From Octopus bimaculoides (taxonomy: Eukaryota), in assembly GCF_001194135.2 (NCBI RefSeq), contig NC_068990.1, forward strand, positions 81,177,334 to 81,224,777: 47,444 bases of DNA, given 5' to 3'. The position numbers and the translations under genes were made by a program. Within the stretch, counting starts at the first letter, position 1. The number at the start of each line of letters is the position of its first letter. The notes below the pieces were generated by a model that saw only the letters and a program-made list of their open reading frames with translations, did not search any database and was not told the origin of the DNA. This document shows positions 1 through 10,654 of this stretch, piece after piece.

Positions 1-7
1 GGTTTCC

Positions 8-100
<93 letters not shown>
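8..100. repeat. (TTA)n microsatellite
   Basis: About 31 perfect TTA units; forms the (TAA)n 3' tail/target of the adjacent minus-strand LINE fragment. Confidence 0.98.
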
Positions 101-101
<1 letters not shown>

Positions 102-300
102 CTCAGGTTTTGTTGGAACTCCTGGAGTTTTGCCTGCGTAGCAGGCTTGCTGCCTGCAACCTACTGCACCATGCTGTCCATTTCAATTTTCTAATACTTT
201 CCTGATTACTCTGGCCGTCCCAAGGAGGCAATCCTTTTGTAACACCTCTACAGAGCTCTCTATTCTGATTTCCTTTATATTCCTCTTGATGCCTTCTGAG
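101..300 (-). mobile_element. R4/Dong-type non-LTR retrotransposon, C-terminus plus 3' UTR
   Basis: Minus frame reads ...IRIESSVEVLQKDCLLGTARVIRKVLEN* (stop at 183), matching the LQKxxLLGTAxILRKVL end motif of R4-clade ORFs; followed by a short UTR and (TAA)n. Confidence 0.75.
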
Positions 301-370
301 CACTGGCGGTGATGTAATCGATTTAGCCTCCTCTCCGAAATTACTGGCCTTGTGACAAAATGTGAAACCA
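298..370 (+). mobile_element. SINE family A, 3' fragment
   Basis: cactggcggtgatgtaatcga...ggccttgtgacaaaatgtgaaacc followed by TTA repeats; same tail as the full copies at 13984 and 14226. Confidence 0.7.
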
Positions 371-793
371 TTATTATTATTGCTGTTGTTGTTATTCATA
401 ATTCGTTAAATATATGAAAAAAAAAAAAGAAAGACTTTCTCGTCAATGTGTTTACAGATCTGATGTACATCAGTCTATTTGTGCTATTAACAAACCTGAT
501 AATAAATACATTCCTTAACAACAAAAAGTTGTTTTCTTTTTTGAAGTCGACAGCTAAGTCATGAAATTTCTGAACTCTTTATTTCTCATCCATACAACAT
601 TAAAGTCATTTGGTATTGTTATATCGATAATTAGCACACTATTGATGTATTCGTTAGGGAAGCTGCTATCGGTCTTGTTTTGTCTTCTCTAGTGTTAATA
701 GTCTGTCTGTAGGCAGCGGTTTCATACGATGTTTTCATTGGTATTTTTAAGACCGGCAAGTATTCATAAGAATATCACAATTATAACACTTTT

Positions 794-796
<3 letters not shown>

Positions 797-870
<74 letters not shown>
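797..870. repeat. (CTA)n microsatellite
   Basis: Perfect tandem CTA run. Confidence 0.97.
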
Positions 871-871
<1 letters not shown>

Positions 872-904
872 CGCTGCTGCTGCCTCTGCTGCTTGATACA
901 GGGT

Positions 905-1066
905 GTCTTAGCAGTATTTCGCCCGTCGCTAACTTCTGAGTTCAAATTCCGCCGAGGTCGACTTTGCCTTTTTTTCCTTTCGGAGTCGATAAATTGAGTA
1001 CTGGGGTTGGTTTAATCGACTATACTCCTCCACCAAATTTCATGCCTTATGCCTATAGTAGAAAGT
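905..1066 (+). mobile_element. SINE family A, 5'-truncated
   Basis: ctgagttcaaattccgccgaggtcgactttgcc (B-box-like plus central domain) and tail ending tagtagaaag-tattatt. Confidence 0.85.
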
Positions 1067-1316
1067 ATTATTGTTGGAGCAGAAATCTAGATTTTGCCTT
1101 TTTGTATTTCGTTCTTTTAATTGCAGTTAAAGTGCCACATATATAAAGAAGATATCCTAAGTGAGTTACTAGGGTCTAAAATTGCGGTGATATGGCATAA
1201 ACATACATCTGAAGAAGGCCCATTGTCAATGTTTTGATTTGCAAACCATTCAACGAGGATAACTTTGTATTAGCTTAACATATAACCACGACAAATTTGA
1301 TAAAGGAGACTTAAAG

Positions 1317-2286
1317 CAGTGGTTCTCAACTGGGGTCCATATGGACCCTTGAGAGTCGATGTAAGATTTTGGGGGATCCGCACAACATAATAGTAAATTG
1401 GGGATCCACAATAATATCTGAAGGGTCCCGGAAAACATTTTGGTTAAGATGTATGCATTGGTATGTACTGCTAGAAATAGTTAGGTTTCTTTCTCTAACA
1501 ATTTTGCGTAGTTCAACCTAATCAACATCAGTACATGTAATACATCATACTAGAGACTTCTCCCCTCAACTACCCCATGGAACCATCACCACTGCCTCCG
1601 CCTTTATCAGTCAGTGGAGAAGCAAGCACCTACATGTTTGCTTGACCTGTCAGAAAGAGTAGTCAAATATCTCTCAAACCTCTCACCATACAATCTTAAG
1701 CAGGGAATGGGACACACTAGATAATTTAGTCCTTGATATGCGAGTTAATACGTGAAAAACAAAATAGGAATTTTAAAAGCGATTTCTATATTGTTGTTGG
1801 CACTCCGTCGTTTGCGACGTCGAGGGTTCCACTTGATCCGATCAAAAGAACAGCCTGCTCGTGAAATTAACGTGCAAGTGGCTGAGCACTCCACAGACAC
1901 GTGTACCCTTAACGTAGTTCCCGGGGATATTCAGCGTGACACAGTGTGACAAAGCCGACCCTTTGAATTACAGGCACAACAGAAACAGGAAGAAAGAGTG
2001 AGAGAAATTTGTGGTGGAAGAGTACATCAGGGTTCGCCACCATCCCCTGCCGGAGCCTCGTGGAACTTTAGGTGTTTTCGCTCAATAAACACTCACAACG
2101 CCCGGTCTGGGAATCGAAAGCGCGATCCTATGACCGCGAGTCCGCTTCCCTAACCACTGGGCCATTGCGCCTCCACGGTTTCTATATGACTAGTTTTAAA
2201 ACATCAAATGGCTATGGGGCTCCACCTGAATAAAATACTAACCAAAGGGGTCCATCAAATAAAAAAAAAATAGTCGAGAACCCCTG
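1317..2286. mobile_element. hAT (Charlie-type) MITE with nested insertions
   Basis: TIRs cagtggttctcaac (1317) and gtcgagaacccctg (ends 2286); imperfect 8-bp TSD acttaaag/atttagag (6/8 match); no transposase. Confidence 0.8.
1791..2176 (-). mobile_element. tRNA-derived SINE (family C) with (CAA)n tail
   Basis: Minus-strand head gtggaggcgcaatggcccagtggttaggg...ttcgattccc (A/B boxes); tail ...ggagtgccaacaacaa; TSD tttctatat at 1783-1791 and 2179-2187. Confidence 0.9.
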
Positions 2287-3086
2287 ATTTAGAGAAACCA
2301 AAATACTGACTTGGGCACGACAATTCTAACCATACAACTCTCAATGGGGAACAACAGGAGATTTAAACAACGACAGATACAAGAACACACTGGATGAGTG
2401 AGACCTGAATACACTTTTGATGAAACGTGCTAGGCTTGTTAATCACTTTTGAACATAGCTCTTCTTGAGCAAGATCGGGGATAAACTAGAACAAGATCTA
2501 TAACAGCTATACAAAAAAGGTTCTGTGTAGTAAATATATTTTTACCAGCAACATTCAATGTCACAACATCAATACTAGTGATTTGTCTGTGAATTCAATG
2601 AAACATTGTTGATTTTGATTCAAACCTTTTTTCATATTCATATTTATATTTATATTTATATTTATATTTTTTCTTTTGTTTTCTATATTTTTTCTGTATT
2701 CATTCCTTGCAGTTATATTTCTTTTTCCCTTATTTTTTTCCATTTTTTTTTTTTGCTGCTAATTCAATCATTTGTTAATGTTTTATTTGTGTATTTCTTT
2801 TTGGTTCATTTTTATGTTTCTCCAGAGTTGCCATATTTCTTGTAGACACAGACTAAATTTTAATCATTTGTGTCATGCCATAGGCTCGTATTAAACCTCC
2901 TCTCACACATATTCGTCACCAATAGATGTGTTTCTGTATGTGTTTATGTGCATAGATTTAAAGGTGTGTATTGATGTAAAAATACGTACATACGTATGTC
3001 ATACAGTTGTATATATGTATGGATGTATATAGATATGTATGCATATATTTTTGAATATATTATATATATAAATATATATATATATA

Positions 3087-3390
3087 NNNNNNNNNNNNNN
3101 NNNNNNNNNNNNNNNNNNNNNNNNNNNNNNNNNNNNNNNNNNNNNNNNNNNNNNNNNNNNNNNNNNNNNNNNNNNNNNNNNNNNNNNNNNNNNNNNNNNN
3201 NNNNNNNNNNNNNNNNNNNNNNNNNNNNNNNNNNNNNNNNNNNNNNNNNNNNNNNNNNNNNNNNNNNNNNNNNNNNNNNNNNNNNNNNNNNNNNNNNNNN
3301 NNNNNNNNNNNNNNNNNNNNNNNNNNNNNNNNNNNNNNNNNNNNNNNNNNNNNNNNNNNNNNNNNNNNNNNNNNNNNNNNNNNNNNNNNN
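3087..3390. other. Assembly gap (first of 14: also 4290-4910, 6239-6248, 10213-10654, 12899-13078, 15202-16044, 19204-19498, 22003-22073, 23976-24482, 27462-27827, 35201-35549, 39321-39421, 41123-41201, 46563-46916)
   Basis: N runs, mostly abutting TA/CA microsatellites; ORFs spanning them are artefacts. Confidence 0.99.
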
Positions 3391-3411
3391 ATATATGTAT
3401 GTATGTATATG

Positions 3412-3567
3412 TAGGTGCAGGCATGGCTGTGTGGTAAGAAGCTTGCTTCCCAACCAAATGGTTGCGGGTTCAGTCACTTTGGGAAAGTGTCTTCTGCTAT
3501 AGCCTCGGGCCGACCAAAGCTTTGTGAGTAGATTTGGTAGAGAAAAACTGAAAGAAGCTCGTCGTGT
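3412..3567 (+). mobile_element. SINE family B, 5' half
   Basis: aggtgcaggcatggctgtgtggtaagaagcttgc...gggttcagtc (tRNA-like head) through gaaagaagctcgtcg, then TA/GA repeats. Confidence 0.9.
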
Positions 3568-3751
3568 ATATATATAGAGAGGGAGGGGAGGGGGAAAGAG
3601 AAACAGAGAAAATAGACCGACAGACAGTCAGATATACAGAGAGATGTATATATATATATAATATATAGTTCTACTGAAGATACGCACTATATTTTACTCT
3701 ATTGTTATAGATTCCTTCATTTAATTAGATTTATTAATATATGTAAACGTA

Positions 3752-3850
3752 GAGGTCGACTTTGCCTTTCATCCTTTCGAGGTCGATAAATAAAGTACCA
3801 GTTGCGTATTGGAGTCCACCTCCACCAGAATTTCGGTCCTTGCGCCAAGA
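3752..3850 (+). mobile_element. SINE family A fragment
   Basis: gaggtcgactttgcctttcatcctttcgaggtcgataaataaagtaccagttg central domain. Confidence 0.85.
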
Positions 3851-4258
3851 GCAGAAAAGAATATATGTAAACATAAATGCGTTTATATGTCTATATACAT
3901 ATATAAAATCATACATAGATGCATACATAAATATAAACACATACATGCATACATAAATATAGATACATACATTCATGCATTCAAGTACGTATGTAACTCG
4001 TATCAGATGCTCTTCCTGAATTGCAGTTATCTATACATGGGATCAATACATTTCTATTCCATGCCCATAATATCTAATGAGGCTATTGTTCTTAAATGCA
4101 TATACAGAAGAATATTAGCATGTGCACATGTTAGCATGTGCACAAAGAGACAGATACACTCACACACATACACACACATACACAGACACAGACACATATA
4201 CATACAGACACACATACACACACGGGCTCAGACAGACACATATTTCTATATTTCTGTC

Positions 4259-4289
<31 letters not shown>

Positions 4290-4989
4290 NNNNNNNNNNN
4301 NNNNNNNNNNNNNNNNNNNNNNNNNNNNNNNNNNNNNNNNNNNNNNNNNNNNNNNNNNNNNNNNNNNNNNNNNNNNNNNNNNNNNNNNNNNNNNNNNNNN
4401 NNNNNNNNNNNNNNNNNNNNNNNNNNNNNNNNNNNNNNNNNNNNNNNNNNNNNNNNNNNNNNNNNNNNNNNNNNNNNNNNNNNNNNNNNNNNNNNNNNNN
4501 NNNNNNNNNNNNNNNNNNNNNNNNNNNNNNNNNNNNNNNNNNNNNNNNNNNNNNNNNNNNNNNNNNNNNNNNNNNNNNNNNNNNNNNNNNNNNNNNNNNN
4601 NNNNNNNNNNNNNNNNNNNNNNNNNNNNNNNNNNNNNNNNNNNNNNNNNNNNNNNNNNNNNNNNNNNNNNNNNNNNNNNNNNNNNNNNNNNNNNNNNNNN
4701 NNNNNNNNNNNNNNNNNNNNNNNNNNNNNNNNNNNNNNNNNNNNNNNNNNNNNNNNNNNNNNNNNNNNNNNNNNNNNNNNNNNNNNNNNNNNNNNNNNNN
4801 NNNNNNNNNNNNNNNNNNNNNNNNNNNNNNNNNNNNNNNNNNNNNNNNNNNNNNNNNNNNNNNNNNNNNNNNNNNNNNNNNNNNNNNNNNNNNNNNNNNN
4901 NNNNNNNNNTTTCTTTTCACTCCAGCCGCTGTGAAGGCAAGACGAACTACTAGCGTTCTATCTCAGATTTGCGTTTGGCCGTACGGCTT

Positions 4990-5290
4990 TTGAATGTTGT
5001 TTTCACTGTCCATTTTTTCCTGTCTTGGTTTGTGTTTGCCACCTTGGAATCCTCTGTGTAGTGGGTTGATCCACTACTCAGGAAGAGACTATTCTAGAGT
5101 ACGTTCTGTCTTATCTTCGAAACGTCTAGATAGAATAGAGACAGCTGATGAAGGGATATTCCAAGTGGCTTTCCGTTTTCCTATGTGTTCGTTCCGTTGT
5201 CTGTAGTTTATTGTTCTAACGTCCTGTACCCTGATATGCATATATATACACATGTAGATGTAAGTATGTACATATATGTGTGTATACATG
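4990..5290 (+). mobile_element. Repeat family H (possibly Penelope pseudo-LTR-like) with hammerhead-like motifs, copy 1
   Basis: tcactgtcc, hairpin, cttcGAAAcgtc...gacagCTGATGAaggg, T-rich tract, acgtcctgtaccc, TA repeats; homologous blocks at 5840, 18285, 19575 and 27828. Confidence 0.65.
5101..5158 (+). ncRNA. Candidate permuted hammerhead ribozyme
   Basis: Core boxes GAAA (5119-5122) and CTGATGA (5145-5151); pairings CTGTCT/AGACAG, ACGT/ACGT and TATCTT/GGGATA, but non-nested and with an A-C mismatch closing stem II. Confidence 0.35.
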
Positions 5291-5799
5291 TACATATATT
5301 CTTTGTATTATATATATATATATATATATATACTTTAATTTATTATTCGTATCTTTGCTATTTTTTCATACATGTGTATTTGTATATAAACTGTGTGAAC
5401 AAAAGTAGGCATACAGTTGCTTTATAGGAATGTAGTGGTTTTTTTTTCTCTATTTCTTTTTTAAGAAAGCAATTCATGAATTAAATAAGGGATCTGCGGG
5501 AGATGCCTGGTTCGTTGGAAGATCTTTCTTTGATTTGCTTTTGGTGTACTTTAAGTGAATGTTTGAACCATCAATATTTCATTTTCTTCAGTGGTAACAC
5601 TGACCGTTCGACCACTCTTTTGTTTGTGCATTAAAAAGCACATAGAATCATTGAGCTGTTATCCTAAAAAAGAAATAGAGAAATGAAGATAGTACACTCA
5701 TATTAAGAAATGGTATGCCTACTTCTATCTACCATCTCTAAGACGTGCTTTTACCTGTATCTTCTCGTTTTTCCAGCGTTCACCACTTCACCTCGTCTT

Positions 5800-6115
5800 G
5801 GCTTAAGAGCGCTCACAGTTTGTCGTTACCGTTTTGTTCTCACTGTCCTGTTTTTGTTACCGCTTTCACCCTCCGCAAAATTTCATTTAATTTGCTTTGC
5901 GGGAAGGACTGTTTTAACGAAGTTCCGTCTTGTCCCCACCTTCGAAAACAGGGGTCATCTGATGAAGGGAATGTTCTTTATGTTGCCTGTCTCGTTTGTG
6001 TTTGTTTGTTTCTTTCTTTCGTTGTTCGAAAAAAAAGTTCGTTTTCTATGTATTTGTTTTTTATGTTCTTGTTTCTCATTCTGTCTACTTTTTTTTGATG
6101 TCCTATACTCATATA
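5800..6115 (+). mobile_element. Repeat family H, copy 2
   Basis: tcactgtcc (5840), hairpin ccgcaaa/tttgcgg, GTC-ttgtcccc-accttcGAAA...ggggtcatCTGATGAaggga, tail atgtcctatactc. Confidence 0.65.
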
Positions 6116-6195
6116 TACATGTATATATACATATATATATAGGCATGTACATGTGTGTGTGTATATATGCATACATTTATATATTATTTATATAA

Positions 6196-6238
<43 letters not shown>

Positions 6239-6248
6239 NNNNNNNNNN

Positions 6249-6287
<39 letters not shown>

Positions 6288-6414
6288 CATAAACACATAT
6301 ACACATATACATACAGACCCACATATATAGGTATATATGTAAATGTACATACATATGTATGTGTGTGTGCGTATATATATGCATATATATATATGTATAC
6401 ATATACATATATAT

Positions 6415-6491
<77 letters not shown>

Positions 6492-7169
6492 TTCTGTATT
6501 AGTCAATCAAATTCCGATAGTTTTGTAAAAGTCGATTCCGTGTTCATAAATATTCACGTAAACGTTTCTGTTTTGACATTATCAAAGAACTAAAGCGTTT
6601 GAAATTCGACAACTGTAGAAACATGGACGAGTTTCTTCTTCAAATACCTTCTCAGCCGACTGAAACTTAACTAAAAGCTGTTCTAATGCATCACCGTGCA
6701 GCTTAGCCGTCACGTGTTGAGAAATGAGGCTAGCACTCAGTTGATATCGACTGCGCTTATTCATAGAAACATGTTTGCCAATCAGAATCACCGATGGAAG
6801 ATGCTGTTACAATCACATGTTGAGAAATATCCGATATACCACGTTATAAGTCTTCTAGCCTTGAAAAAAAGTTATAACGGAATTAAATTCAAATTCAGAT
6901 TAATGTTATTGTGCCTTTTGAACGTGTTCGGAATTCTCAATGTAATTTTTTCCTGTTACTCTTCATGTTTAACTAATTTCATGATTCATCGGAAGCCTTA
7001 GGTAAAAGTTTGCAAACAACAGCAGTTATTCTGTTGGTGTTTCTGTGCATTTAAGTGGAAATAATTTTAAAATTATTGTCAATATAACTACACGCATTTT
7101 TTTACTTCTGTTTCGCTACAAAATTATATTCAAATCAATATTGATATTAATTTTCGTATTTATTGTCTA

Positions 7170-7455
7170 TTCAGAACGGGTCTGAACTTTACAAAAAACA
7201 TTCGTTTCTTTTCTTACTTCCCTTGAGTTATAAACTTTGTAAAATGGTAATATCAAAAAGCAAAAAGAAAAAAAAAATCTTTTTCTTGCATATTTCTAAG
7301 CGATTGATTAATGGCATCTGATGAACATTAGGATCCCTAATTAGTTGCTTGTGTATTTGCGTGAGTTCCAGTAGTGAATTTCCTGTCTCGCCACAATACA
7401 TTTCTTGAAAATACGAGCATTCGAGATATATCACATTTCTGCTTTTACAGATCAT
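7170..7455 (-). pseudogene. Penelope-like GIY-YIG endonuclease fragment
   Basis: CKSRNVIYLECSYFQEMYCGETGNSL...HKQLIRDP matches the VY-x-C...YIGET-x-L-x-R-x-H pattern; downstream ECFL*KFRPVLN resembles the PLE C-terminus. Confidence 0.7.
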
Positions 7456-7659
7456 GCGCGCGCGCGCGCGCGTGTGTGATTGTGAATATGAACAAGAAAA
7501 AAAAAACCAATTCAGGCATAGATACTGAGATAAAATTTATCATCCCGAGATACAGTGTGTTTCAGCAAATGTCTTGACTTCGTTGATATGCAGCCCGAGA
7601 CATCATTATTGAGGAAAAATAAATATTGCTAAAATTTCATTTATCCACCTTATATATAC

Positions 7660-7810
7660 ACTCACAACGTAGTCGCTGTTGTTGAAGGCAAGTCATCGTT
7701 TGATGCAACTGTCTAATTCTACAAGACATTTCAACAAATTTTATCCACCTTCATCATAATTCTATCTTCATTTAAAATTTTTTTCACCACCTTTATCAAG
7801 GAGGTAAATG
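7660..7810 (-). pseudogene. Possible mariner transposase C-terminal remnant
   Basis: Frameshifted YDEG...R*-CLQHSDYV resembles FYDEGIxKLVxRYDKCLNxxGDYVEK. Confidence 0.3.
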
Positions 7811-8169
7811 ATCCTGTTTTTCTCAACAATCAGCTTTTCTTATTTGATATTTCTAAGTATCAAATGTTCTCTATTGTTGCTTCCTTGTCTTTCTATATAT
7901 TCTTTCTCACAATTTTAGATGCTTCTACGTACTGTACGTTACCTGCACCGATTCACTGCCGTTTCTCGACAAGTCCAGCGCTGTATCTTTCCGATTATTT
8001 CCATTGCACCTACTCGCTTTTGTATCTTTTTATCTTATTTACTACACCGACTGATTAACTCATCCATGTTGTTTTGTAGGTTTGTGAGTCAAGTGTAAAG
8101 TTCGTTAGAATCCCTGTCGCTTGTCTTTTAGAGTATCTCTTCCAATGGTCAAATGATTTGGCTATTCCT

Positions 8170-8551
8170 TTTTATTTTACTTGTTTCAGTCATTTGACTG
8201 CGGCCATGCTGGAGCACCGCCTTTTTGTCGAGCAAATCGACCCCAGGACTTATTCTTTGTAAGCCTAGTACTTATTCCATCGGTCTCTTTTGCCGAACCG
8301 CTAAGTTACGGGGACGTAAACACACCAGCATCGGTTGTCAAGCGATGTTGGGGGGGACAAACACAGATACACAAACATATACACACATACATGGGCTCCT
8401 TCCAATTTCCGTCTACCAAATCCATTCACAAGGCTTTGGTCGGCCCGAAGCTATAGTAGAAGACACTTGCCCAAGGTGCCACGCAGTGGGACTAAACCCA
8501 GAACCATGTGGTTGGTAAGCAAGATACTTACCACACAGCCACTCCTGCGCC
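8170..8551 (-). mobile_element. SINE family B, full length
   Basis: Head aggcgcaggagtggctgtgtggtaag on the minus strand through tail ggccgcagtcaaatgactgaaacaagtaaaa; similar T-rich flanks (ctattccttttt/ctatatccttttt) suggest a TSD. Confidence 0.92.
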
Positions 8552-9163
8552 TATATCCTTTTTTTTTTATTTCCTTCCTTACGAACTTTCAATTAGTTTT
8601 CCTCTATCCAATTACACTCACAAGGTAAATGTCCACCCGAGGGTAGTAAAAACACACATGCTTAAAATGTCAAAATGTGGGATCGAAATTAGGCGGTTAT
8701 GATGGCAAATGAAATTCTATATTTCTCGGATATACCAGCGGTCATACATACGTATGTATATTCGTACATAATTAAGCACATAAATACACACGTTCACGCA
8801 TGCCTATCTATGGATTTCTCGAAATGCAGTCCTCGAAAATTTTCTTTCATCTTCATACTCACTTTTATTGGAGAAACAAGACCAACTTGTATCGATTCTT
8901 GCACAATAACTGGGTTAATAAAAAATGTATAAACTTCAAAATGCAAAGAGTGAATGTTTGCGTAGAAAAAGGACGGTGACACCCTTAAAAATGTATCTTT
9001 GTTTTTATATAGCAGACTTACCACGGAGGAATAATCTCTGAAATTCCAAATAGGAAAAGATGACGCATACAAACTTGACTGCGTACATACTTCTGATGTA
9101 TTACAGAGACGTACAAAGCTATTAAGATACAGTCGATGTAGACACAGACATAGACTCGCGCAT

Positions 9164-9201
<38 letters not shown>

Positions 9202-9352
9202 CCCCCTGGAATTATAAAGCAGAAAGAAATGGGCTGGTCAGAAAAAAAGATACACAAATTAGTGTACGTTTTTGTAAAAACATTGGTTTATCTATATGTC
9301 GTGTTATATATGCACGTGTGTATACATGTGTATGTGAGCGAAAAAGAGTGTG

Positions 9353-9432
<80 letters not shown>

Positions 9433-9659
9433 CGTAGTGTGTGTGCTGGAGAAATGCTTATTTGTAAACCTGTCATTATGGTTGTAACGAACAGGAATAG
9501 AGTTCAGTTAATGTCAAAAGGGGAAGAAAACGTCGTGAGAGTAGTTAATAGGAGTAATGATATATAGGTAGACAAGTAGATAGAAAGTTACAGGAAGAGG
9601 GTGAGAGAGCGAGAGAGAAAGGGGGGAGAGAGAAAAAGAGGAAGGGGCAGAGAGTCAGA

Positions 9660-10160
9660 CAGTCGAACACAGGCAAAATCCTACTGAGCTGTAAAGCTTA
9701 CAGTATGTGGGGTTAGGGTTGAGAGATAAGGGATTCAGGGATAGTTAAGATAGACAAAGATTGGATAAATGGCATGTAGCAAAAGAGACGGTTAGTCGCA
9801 GGTAAAATATAATGCGGATGGAGATAGAGAAGAAAAGAGGGGGTAATTAGAGATAAGACAGATGCTGAAGGATAGATAGTAAGAGGTTTGTAGAGAAGTC
9901 AGTAGCGAAGACGGTGGTTTGGAAATGATATGCAGTAGGTTAAATGTATGGAAGACAGATGTATGGAAGACAGATGTATGGAAGACAAATGTATGGAAGA
10001 CAGAAGGCAGAAATAGGAGTGGTAGTGTCTATTGTAGTATGAAAATGTCGTTGGGAAATGCATGAGCTTCACAACACTTATTTTTTATTCTGTGAAATCA
10101 TTTAAACTGCTTCCTTGATGGGGGTGGGGAGGTTGTCGGTTATATGTAGTCGAGCAGAAA
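9660..10160 (-). pseudogene. Possible degenerate retroelement (Penelope-like) N-terminal coding remnant
   Basis: Pyrimidine-rich minus strand reading TDNLPTPIKEAV*...SCISQRHFHTT; many stops; family assignment weak. Confidence 0.25.
9944..10003. repeat. 15-bp tandem repeat x4 (atgtatggaagacag)
   Basis: Four near-perfect units. Confidence 0.95.
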
Positions 10161-10654
10161 AAGGGAGGAAAGGAATGAGAGAATGAGTAGACGAGTGTGT
10201 GAGTGAGTAGGTNNNNNNNNNNNNNNNNNNNNNNNNNNNNNNNNNNNNNNNNNNNNNNNNNNNNNNNNNNNNNNNNNNNNNNNNNNNNNNNNNNNNNNNN
10301 NNNNNNNNNNNNNNNNNNNNNNNNNNNNNNNNNNNNNNNNNNNNNNNNNNNNNNNNNNNNNNNNNNNNNNNNNNNNNNNNNNNNNNNNNNNNNNNNNNNN
10401 NNNNNNNNNNNNNNNNNNNNNNNNNNNNNNNNNNNNNNNNNNNNNNNNNNNNNNNNNNNNNNNNNNNNNNNNNNNNNNNNNNNNNNNNNNNNNNNNNNNN
10501 NNNNNNNNNNNNNNNNNNNNNNNNNNNNNNNNNNNNNNNNNNNNNNNNNNNNNNNNNNNNNNNNNNNNNNNNNNNNNNNNNNNNNNNNNNNNNNNNNNNN
10601 NNNNNNNNNNNNNNNNNNNNNNNNNNNNNNNNNNNNNNNNNNNNNNNNNNNNNN

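Noticed and set aside
2944-4993. Long ORFs spanning N runs (also 10102-10880, 15072-16283, 23949-24639, 27241-28289, 35116-35875, 46477-46966)
   Set aside because: Openness comes from Ns and YI/HT/CV dipeptide microsatellite translation, not genes.
9014-9080. Minus-strand exon ending GTG|gtaagt
   Set aside because: Several acceptors and frames are possible; gtaagt is expected many times by chance in 40 kb of AT-rich DNA.
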